Positions 58,085 through 64,000 of a stretch of 64,000 nucleotides of DNA are shown here, piece by piece. The notes under the pieces were generated by a model, which was not told where the DNA came from, did not search any database, and saw nothing but the letters and a program-made list of their open reading frames with translations. How positions within the stretch are numbered: position 1 is the stretch's first letter; each line of letters opens with the position of its first letter. Origin of the DNA: an uncultured Oscillospiraceae bacterium. GTDB lineage: Bacteria > Bacillota > Clostridia > Oscillospirales > Oscillospiraceae. The stretch is taken from positions 198 through 64,197 of the forward strand of contig CALWWP010000020.1 of NCBI GenBank assembly GCA_944385275.1, read 5' to 3'. The position numbers and the translations under genes are program-made.

Positions 58085-58323
58085 TCAGATATGGCTGTGA
58101 TTGGGAATATAGCGACTGAAAACACGCTTTCAGAGAGGAAAGTCTTCGGCTGCAAGCTTTCCGCGTGGCGCCGCTTAGTTCGCCCAAGAGCTTCGGCTAA
58201 TCCCCGACGGGCAGACCCCGTTACAGGTCTGGAGAGTAGTTGCTCTCTGTAAAGTGCGGCTTCGTGCCGAATTTGGGTGGTACCGCGGAAATCTTCCGTC
58301 CCTTGTCGGACGGGAGTTTTTTT
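58085..58323 (+). promoter_or_regulatory. T-box riboswitch leader (Phe-specific) with terminator
   Basis: AG-bulge AGAGAGG (58132-58138). UUC codons at 58145-58147 and 58192-58194. Stem III CGGC/GCCG. Conserved T-box sequence AATTTGGGTGGTACCGCGG (58270-58288). Terminator stem 58293-58316 followed by 7 T (58317-58323). pheS lies downstream. Confidence 0.9.
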
Positions 58324-58378
58324 ATTGCCCGCCGATCTAAAAATGTACGGCATATCAAAACAGAAAGGACAGATATCT

Positions 58379-59404
58379 GTGAAAAGCAAACTTGAAGAGA
58401 TACGTTCGGCGGCTCTCTCCGCCATCGCATCTTCCGGCTCTACCGCAGAGCTTGAAACTATACGCGTAAAATACCTTGGCAAGAAGGGGGAACTCACAAG
58501 CGTATTGAAAATGATGGGCTCTCTTTCCGCAGAGGAGCGTCCCGTCATGGGTCAGCTTGCCAACAGTGTACGAAGCGAGATCGAGACCGCTCTTGACAGC
58601 CGCGCTTCAGAGCTCAAGGTCTCCGAGCTGAATGAGCGCCTCAAGGCCGAGACTCTGGACGTTACCATCCCGGGAACTCCTGTAGTCCGCGGCAAAAAAC
58701 ATCCCATGTCTATCGTGCTCGATGAAGTCATCGACATATTCTCCGGTATGGGCTTCAGCGTTGCCTCCGGGCCCGAAATAGAGTATTCGGACTACAACTT
58801 CACCAAGCTAAACACGCCTGAAGGGCACCCTGCGCGCGACCGTCAGGACACGTTTTACTTTACTGACGACGACAGCGTATGCCTCCGTACGCAGACCTCT
58901 CCCATGCAGGTCAGAGTAATGGAGACAAGCCCGCTTCCCATCAGGGTCATATCTCCCGGACGCGTCTACAGAAAAGACGAAGTCGATGCGACCCATTCTC
59001 CCATGTTCCATCAGATAGAAGGACTGGTCGTCGACAAGGGAGTGACCATGGGCGATTTAAAAGGAACACTGAACACTCTGCTTCAGCTGCTTTACGGTCC
59101 CGAAACTGTTACCCGTTTCCGACCTCATCACTTCCCGTTTACAGAGCCTTCCTGCGAAGTCGACATTCAGTGCTTTGAATGTAAGGGGCAAGGCTGCCGC
59201 GTCTGCAAAGGCGAAGGCTGGATAGAAGTATTAGGCGCCGGCATGGTGCATCCGAAAGTCCTCGAAGGCTGCGGCATAGACACCAGCATATACTCCGGCT
59301 TCGCCTTTGGCATAGGCCTTGAGCGCCTTACGATGCGCCGTTTTAATATCAGCGACTTGCGTCTTCTGTTTGAAAACGACATGCGCTTTTTGAAGCAGTT
59401 TTAA
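58379..59404 (+). CDS. pheS: phenylalanine--tRNA ligase subunit alpha
   Basis: GTG 58379 lies 9 nt after AAAGGA, downstream of the T-box terminator. The track ORF start at 58277 lies inside the leader. 341 aa with class II motifs (FRPHHFPFTEPS, GAGMVHP..GFAFGIGLERL). Confidence 0.94.
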   Translation: MKSKLEEIRSAALSAIASSGSTAELETIRVKYLGKKGELTSVLKMMGSLSAEERPVMGQLANSVRSEIETALDSRASELKVSELNERLKAETLDVTIPGTPVVRGKKHPMSIVLDEVIDIFSGMGFSVASGPEIEYSDYNFTKLNTPEGHPARDRQDTFYFTDDDSVCLRTQTSPMQVRVMETSPLPIRVISPGRVYRKDEVDATHSPMFHQIEGLVVDKGVTMGDLKGTLNTLLQLLYGPETVTRFRPHHFPFTEPSCEVDIQCFECKGQGCRVCKGEGWIEVLGAGMVHPKVLEGCGIDTSIYSGFAFGIGLERLTMRRFNISDLRLLFENDMRFLKQF

Positions 59405-59418
59405 GGAGGTCATGATCT

Positions 59419-61794
59419 GTGAAGCTTTCAAGAAAATGGCTGTCTGAGTTTACTGATATTCAGGCATCGCCCAAAGAATATGAAGAAAAAATGACTATGT
59501 CCGGCTCAAAAGTCGAAATCACAGAAGAGCTCGGAGCTGAAATATCCAACGTCGTGGTCGGCCGTGTCACCGACATACGCCGCCACGAAAATTCAGATCA
59601 CCTTTTCGTCTGTACTGTAGACGTCGGCCGCGGTTCACCGCTCACCATCGTAACTGGGGCCCAGAATGTCAGCGCCGGCGACATGGTGCCTGTCGCTCTC
59701 GACAACTCCACTTTGCCTGGCGGCGTGAAAATAACCAAGGGCAGTCTCCGCGGAGTTGAGTCCGAGGGTATGCTCTGCTCCCTCAAGGAACTGGGTCTTA
59801 CCGTCAACGATTTTCCATACGCCATCGAAGACGGCATATTTATCATGCAGGAAGACTGCTCTGTCGGAGACGACATACACCATGTGCTCGGTCTGGACGA
59901 CAGCGTAGTGGAGTTCGAGATAACCAACAACCGTCCGGACTGCTTCAGCATCCGCGGGCTGGCAAGGGAAAGCGCCGTCACGTTTGGAACGGAACTCAGG
60001 CTGCCCGTACCCAAAGTCAAGGGCTCGGACGGAGACATCTCGGAATTTCTCGACGTAGAGATATGGGACAGCGAGCTCTGCCCGCGATATACCGCAAGAG
60101 TCGTCAAAAACATCAAGATCGAACCGTCTCCGAAATGGATGCGCGAGCGTCTGCGCGCCTCCGGAGTCCGTCCCATAAACAACATAGTCGATATCACAAA
60201 CTATGTAATGCTGGAATACGGACAGCCTATGCACGCCTTTGACTATGCCTGCGTATCGGGCGGCAAGATCATAGTGAGAAGCGCTTTTGAAAATGAGAAG
60301 CTGATAACTCTGGACGGCGCCAGCCACGATCTCACTCCGGACATGCTCGTCATAGCTGACGAGACCCGCGCGGTCGGACTGGCCGGCGTCATGGGCGGTG
60401 AGAACAGCGAGATCACAGACGACACCAAGATGGTCGTATTTGAATCCGCGAACTTCAACGGGGTCAGCATCAGAAAAACAGCCATTGCTTTGGGCATGCG
60501 GACAGACGCATCTTCCCGGTTTGAGAAGGGCCTTGATCCGCTCGGGACACTGCCCGCTGTCGAACGCGCCTGTGAGCTTGTAGAGCTGCTCGGAGCCGGT
60601 GAAGTCGTAGGCGGAGTGATCGATGTCATAGCGTCCGACAGCGCTCCCGTCACCCTGAAGCTCGAGCCTGAAAAGATCAATGCCCTGCTTGGTACGAATA
60701 TTGACCGCAGTTTTATGGAAAAAGTCCTCATCGATCTCGGATTTACAATAGACGGAGACATTATCACCGTACCGTCTTGGCGCTCCGATATACAGCATTA
60801 CTCTGACATTGCCGAAGAAGTCGCGCGTTTTTACGGATACAATGTGATAGAGCCCACCGCTCTGCACGGCGTCTCTGTCAACGGTGGTCTGAATGAAACT
60901 CAGCTTTTGGAGCGCGAAGCCGGAGAGCTGTGCCGCAGCCTTGGCTTTACCGAGATAATGACCTATTCGTTTATTGGGCATGTCCTGAACGACAAGGTCC
61001 TCATGCCGGAAGATTCCCCGCTCAGGAAAGGCTTTGTCATACAAAATCCGCTTGGCGAAGATACAAGCTTTATGCGCACCAGTACGCTTCCGACTATGCT
61101 CGACACCTTGGAGCGCAACAACAGCTACAGGAACCGCAACGTGCGCGTATACGAGCTGGCCCGCACATATCTGCCCAAGGAGAACGACGATCTCGCCAAT
61201 GAACGCAATATACTCACGCTCGGCGCCTACGGAGATACCGATTTCTACTCCTTCAAGGGATGCATAGAGTCCCTTCTCGATTCTCTCCGGATAAAGGATG
61301 TCGAATTCAAAGCCGAGACCAATGCATTCGCCTATCATCCCGGCCGCTGCGCGGCTGTTTATGCCGGCGGTTCCCGCATAGGTATCATGGGTCAGCTGCA
61401 CCCGACTGTATGCTCTAATTTCGGCATGGATTTCCCGGTATTGGCAGCAGAGCTCGACTTCGGATACATGCTGGAAAACCGCAGTCCCGAAGCGACCTAT
61501 ACTCCGCTTCCCCGTTTCCCATCCGTTCTGCGCGACCTTTCCGTCGTATGCGACATCGAAATACCCGTTGCCGATATCGAAGCATGTATACGCTCGTCCG
61601 GCAGCGAGCTGCTCTGCGGCATCACCTTCTTCGATGTCTACACCGGCGCTCCTATCCCCGCCGGCCGCAAGAGTACTTCTTTCTCGCTGGAATTCCGTTC
61701 CGATGACCACAGTCTTACGGACGCCGACGTCGATCTGCAAATGAACAATATTTTAAAGCAGCTTGCAGATGAGCTCAACGCCCAGATACGTTAA
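59419..61794 (+). CDS. pheT: phenylalanine--tRNA ligase subunit beta
   Basis: GTG 59419 lies 9 nt after AAGGAGG. 791 aa with the tRNA-binding OB domain, B3/4, B5 and FDX-ACB domain order. Confidence 0.96.
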   Translation: MKLSRKWLSEFTDIQASPKEYEEKMTMSGSKVEITEELGAEISNVVVGRVTDIRRHENSDHLFVCTVDVGRGSPLTIVTGAQNVSAGDMVPVALDNSTLPGGVKITKGSLRGVESEGMLCSLKELGLTVNDFPYAIEDGIFIMQEDCSVGDDIHHVLGLDDSVVEFEITNNRPDCFSIRGLARESAVTFGTELRLPVPKVKGSDGDISEFLDVEIWDSELCPRYTARVVKNIKIEPSPKWMRERLRASGVRPINNIVDITNYVMLEYGQPMHAFDYACVSGGKIIVRSAFENEKLITLDGASHDLTPDMLVIADETRAVGLAGVMGGENSEITDDTKMVVFESANFNGVSIRKTAIALGMRTDASSRFEKGLDPLGTLPAVERACELVELLGAGEVVGGVIDVIASDSAPVTLKLEPEKINALLGTNIDRSFMEKVLIDLGFTIDGDIITVPSWRSDIQHYSDIAEEVARFYGYNVIEPTALHGVSVNGGLNETQLLEREAGELCRSLGFTEIMTYSFIGHVLNDKVLMPEDSPLRKGFVIQNPLGEDTSFMRTSTLPTMLDTLERNNSYRNRNVRVYELARTYLPKENDDLANERNILTLGAYGDTDFYSFKGCIESLLDSLRIKDVEFKAETNAFAYHPGRCAAVYAGGSRIGIMGQLHPTVCSNFGMDFPVLAAELDFGYMLENRSPEATYTPLPRFPSVLRDLSVVCDIEIPVADIEACIRSSGSELLCGITFFDVYTGAPIPAGRKSTSFSLEFRSDDHSLTDADVDLQMNNILKQLADELNAQIR

Positions 61795-61800
61795 ATTTTA

Positions 61801-61842
61801 CTGTCTCTGCCCGTAAATTTATGGGCAGAGACAGATTTTTTT
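61801..61842 (+). terminator. intrinsic terminator after pheT
   Basis: CTGTCTCTGCCC / GGGCAGAGACAG 12-bp stem followed by ATTTTTTT. Confidence 0.88.
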
Positions 61843-61852
61843 GCTTTTTTGC

Positions 61853-61880
61853 TTTACAGAACAGCAAGTTTTGTTATAAT
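61853..61880 (+). promoter_or_regulatory. sigma-A-type promoter of ireB
   Basis: TTTACA (61853-61858), 16-nt spacer, TGtTATAAT extended -10 (-10 hexamer at 61875-61880). Confidence 0.6.
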
Positions 61881-61923
61881 ATATATGTGTATTTTAAAAT
61901 TAATTTAGTCGGGAGGTTCGGAA

Positions 61924-62166
61924 TTGGAAGATTATACTCGCAAATTTAAGGTTGTAGACAAACATCAGGAAATCCGTGAGATCTTGTCCTCGGTATACGA
62001 TGCACTTGTCGTAAAAGGCTATAATCCTATCAATCAGCTGGTGGGCTATATCCTTTCCGAAGATCCCACTTATATCACAAATTACAACAATGCCCGTACT
62101 TTGATATGCCGCATAGACCGCGATGATCTCTTGCGCGAGCTCGTGGCTAATTATCTGGGCAAATGA
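61924..62166 (+). CDS. ireB: IreB family regulatory phosphoprotein (UPF0297/YrzL)
   Basis: TTG start 7 nt after GGGAGG. 80 aa. EILSSVYDALVVKGYNPINQLVGYILSEDPTYITNYNNAR matches the UPF0297 family. Confidence 0.85.
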   Translation: MEDYTRKFKVVDKHQEIREILSSVYDALVVKGYNPINQLVGYILSEDPTYITNYNNARTLICRIDRDDLLRELVANYLGK

Positions 62167-62173
62167 TCGATTG

Positions 62174-62209
62174 CCCCGCATTTCCTGCGGGGTATCTTTT
62201 CGTTTTTTT
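62174..62209 (+). terminator. intrinsic terminator after ireB
   Basis: CCCCGCA-TTTCC-TGCGGGG followed by TATCTTTTCGTTTTTTT. Confidence 0.8.
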
Positions 62210-62259
62210 GGTAGGAAAAATTTTCCTGCCTCTTTTACAATTTTTATTTGTTACAAATG

Positions 62260-62288
62260 TTGACACAAAAAGCATAATATGTTACAAT
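62260..62288 (+). promoter_or_regulatory. sigma-A-type promoter of the 95-aa ORF / NlpC-P60 operon
   Basis: TTGACA (62260-62265), 17-nt spacer, TACAAT (62283-62288). The -10 is embedded in the inverted repeat TGTTACA-ATT-TGTAACA. Confidence 0.7.
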
Positions 62289-62316
62289 TTGTAACAGTTT
62301 CAGGAGGAGAGTATTT

Positions 62317-62604
62317 ATGCCCGAAAAAAAAGGTTTGGAATACAAGGGTTTTCCACTCATGCGCAAGGACAATATCTTGTATTACGGGAACATGTCAGAT
62401 AAGTATGTCATCATGCTTCAGATCCTCGATTCGTTTAAGCTGGATGATCTCGACATATCTAAGCGCGTTTCCGTCCAGCTTCAGCTGACAGATCCCAATC
62501 TCAAATCCAGAGACAAAGTTGTAAAGAAGACAGAAAAAGACGGCCTGTTTTCCGCTCTGGATGTAGCTCACGTGTGGCTAAGCAGAGCTTTGGCCGCGCA
62601 GTGA
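62317..62604 (+). CDS. hypothetical protein (95 aa)
   Basis: ATG lies 8 nt after AGGAGGAG. No family recognised. It sits 19 nt upstream of the P60 hydrolase gene. Confidence 0.5.
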   Translation: MPEKKGLEYKGFPLMRKDNILYYGNMSDKYVIMLQILDSFKLDDLDISKRVSVQLQLTDPNLKSRDKVVKKTEKDGLFSALDVAHVWLSRALAAQ

Positions 62605-62623
62605 ACGAAAAGGAATTGTTATT

Positions 62624-63550
62624 ATGAAAATTTTTCGCAAACTCACAGCCGCAGCAGTAGTTTCTTCCCTTTTAGTGACCGCTTCTATGGCGGCCGGGAT
62701 AGGCAGCGTAACTGCCCCGTCCGGACTGAATATCCGCTTGGATCCGTCTACTGATTCAGCTATTCTCGGCTGTGCAGCCTACAACAGCAGCATCTCAGTA
62801 ATAGACAAATACGACAGCGAGTGGTACAAGGTCAGCTATAACGGCGGCATAGGATATATGTTTGCCGAGTATCTCGAAGTTACCGATACCGCGGCGGCTG
62901 AATCCGCGGCCAGCGATGCGTCAGGCGAAAGCGCCATTGTCGTATCAGGCAGCGAAGACACAGGACTTGCCGAGTATGGCGCCGTAACAGGCGACGGCGT
63001 CCGCATCCGTTCTGATTCAAATCTTCAGTCGGACATTTTAGGGCACTGCAACAGAGGCGCCCGCGTCTCCCTGCTCGCGCTTGAAGGAGACTGGTATTAC
63101 ATCAGTTACGGCTCTATCACGGGATATATGTCTGCTCAGTACATAAGAGAGCTCAACAGCACAGAAAGCTCCACTGCCGAAGGCCAGTCCATAGTCGATA
63201 TGGCTCTCAGCTATCTTGGGGTGCCATATGTTTACGGAGGCACCTCGTCTTCAGGCTTTGACTGCTCCGGTTTAGTCTACCACGTGTTTGGCAACCACGG
63301 ATATTCTCTTTACAGAGGCGCTGAGGATCAGTGGAACAATGGATATTCTGTTGATATGGCTGAACTGCAGGCTGGAGATTTGGTCTTCTTCTCTTCCGAT
63401 TACAGCACGAGTATTGAGCACGTCGGCATTTATATCGGAGACGGTCAGTTCGTACACGCCTCTAGCGGCGGCGACTGCGTAAAGATCAACAATCTTTCCG
63501 ACTACTATTATTCTACATATTATTACGGCGCTGTCCGAGTGCTTGGTTAA
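62624..63550 (+). CDS. secreted peptidoglycan hydrolase: two SH3b domains + NlpC/P60 (C40) endopeptidase domain
   Basis: Signal peptide, two SH3_3-like repeats (GLNIRLDPS..WYKVSYNGGIGYM and GVRIRSDSN..WYYISYGSITGYM), catalytic Cys in GFDCSGLVYHVF and His in IEHVGIYIGDG. Confidence 0.87.
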   Translation: MKIFRKLTAAAVVSSLLVTASMAAGIGSVTAPSGLNIRLDPSTDSAILGCAAYNSSISVIDKYDSEWYKVSYNGGIGYMFAEYLEVTDTAAAESAASDASGESAIVVSGSEDTGLAEYGAVTGDGVRIRSDSNLQSDILGHCNRGARVSLLALEGDWYYISYGSITGYMSAQYIRELNSTESSTAEGQSIVDMALSYLGVPYVYGGTSSSGFDCSGLVYHVFGNHGYSLYRGAEDQWNNGYSVDMAELQAGDLVFFSSDYSTSIEHVGIYIGDGQFVHASSGGDCVKINNLSDYYYSTYYYGAVRVLG

Positions 63551-63569
63551 AGTTTAAAACGCGATGTCA

Positions 63570-63613
63570 AATGATGTACATGCTCTCATTGCGGCGCATG
63601 TACATCATTTTTA
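63570..63613 (+). terminator. intrinsic terminator after the P60 gene
   Basis: AATGATGTACATG / CATGTACATCATT 13-bp stem with a 14-nt loop, followed by TTTT. Confidence 0.7.
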
Positions 63614-63631
63614 AGTTTTGGAGGGCTTTCC

Positions 63632-64000
63632 TTGAAATATTTAATGGAGTATTTCCACATCGAATACGGTTCTCTACAGTATACCCTTGTCATAATTGCT
63701 CTTTATATAGTCGCCATAATAGCTATTACCTTTTTGATAAAACGCATGTTCAGGCGGCTTGCGCTGCGTCTATCAGAGCGCGAAGACAAGAAGGGGCTTG
63801 TCGGTTATCTCAACTTCTTTAAATATATAGTACTCGCCGTAGTATATGTCATATTTTTATCCTCGCTTACTGATTATTTTCCAACTTTGAGCAGCATGGC
63901 AAATAAGCTCCTTGCAGGTTCCGGCGTAGTCGCCGTTATAATGGGTCTTGCTTCTCAGGATGCACTTGGCAACTTTACAAGCGGGATAATGATCATCTTT
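63632..64000 (+). CDS. mechanosensitive ion channel (MscS family), 5' fragment running off the window
   Basis: TTG 63632 lies 6 nt after GGAGGG, with an in-frame ATG at 63644. The frame is open to the window end. TM helices are followed by LLAGSGVVAVIMGLASQDALGNFTSGIMIIF, the MscS pore-helix signature. Not in the ORF track because there is no stop in the window. Confidence 0.72.
   Translation, partial: MKYLMEYFHIEYGSLQYTLVIIALYIVAIIAITFLIKRMFRRLALRLSEREDKKGLVGYLNFFKYIVLAVVYVIFLSSLTDYFPTLSSMANKLLAGSGVVAVIMGLASQDALGNFTSGIMIIF

Noticed and set aside
58048-58548. A 166-aa minus-strand ORF and the 5' extension of the pheS track ORF (58277 onward).
   Set aside because: Both lie on the T-box leader RNA, including the T-box sequence and terminator. 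pheS starts after the terminator, at GTG 58379.
59635-61740. A 701-aa ORF on the minus strand, antisense to almost all of pheT.
   Set aside because: Its codons are exactly in register with the pheT codons (59635-59419 = 216 = 72x3). It stays open only because pheT contains no TTA, CTA or TCA codons over that stretch. The translation is low-complexity and Arg/Gly/Val-rich, there is no SD or promoter, and pheT is unambiguous. This is a codon-bias artefact.
63571-63822. An 83-aa plus-strand ORF after the P60 gene.
   Set aside because: It starts inside the terminator hairpin and overlaps, out of frame, the MscS-family gene, which has a proper SD (GGAGGG) and a family signature.

Overview
Gene-dense core-chromosome segment (about 60 CDS, no rRNA, tRNA, CRISPR or mobile elements seen). 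It appears to come from an endospore-forming Firmicute of Clostridia type; that is an inference from spoIIID, CotF-type coat genes, a T-box leader and Bacillus-like gene orders. Contents, left to right:
- ftsH (5' end), hpt, tilS, dnaB, rplI, gdpP.
- A nucleotidyltransferase/PGM-like fusion gene.
- An amino-acid ABC transporter and a MATE exporter.
- The tuf, fusA, rpsG, rpsL, rpoC, rpoB block.
- A GT-C-like membrane protein and a YihY-family protein.
- A compact dcw cluster: mraZ, rsmH, ftsL, PBP, murE, mraY, ftsW, murG, murA, ftsQ, ftsZ.
- An ECF sigma/anti-sigma pair.
- dus, xth, trmB, an M20 peptidase, a CDF transporter, metF.
- yggS, a DUF436 gene and an ECF S-component.
- iorAB.
- spoIIID and a CotF-type coat pair.
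- The nnrD, ydcC-like, alr, mazF block.
- T-box-controlled pheST, ireB, an NlpC/P60 hydrolase and the start of an MscS channel.

I did not find a convincing novel multi-gene system such as a defence island; the window is mostly housekeeping. The observations most worth follow-up are:
- a naturally circularly permuted solute-binding lipoprotein;
- a MazF toxin in the conserved alr-mazEF position with no room for an antitoxin;
- a roughly 60-aa polyanionic tail on RpoB whose last codons form the rpoC Shine-Dalgarno;
- a possible 22-codon relic of ftsA in a dcw cluster that lacks ftsA;
- a translationally coupled ECF-S/DUF436/YggS operon;
- a nucleotidyltransferase fused to a catalytically degenerate PGM-like domain;
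- an untracked 58-aa ORF;
- several operator-like repeats.

All functional calls come from motif and family recognition by eye. No database search was run.
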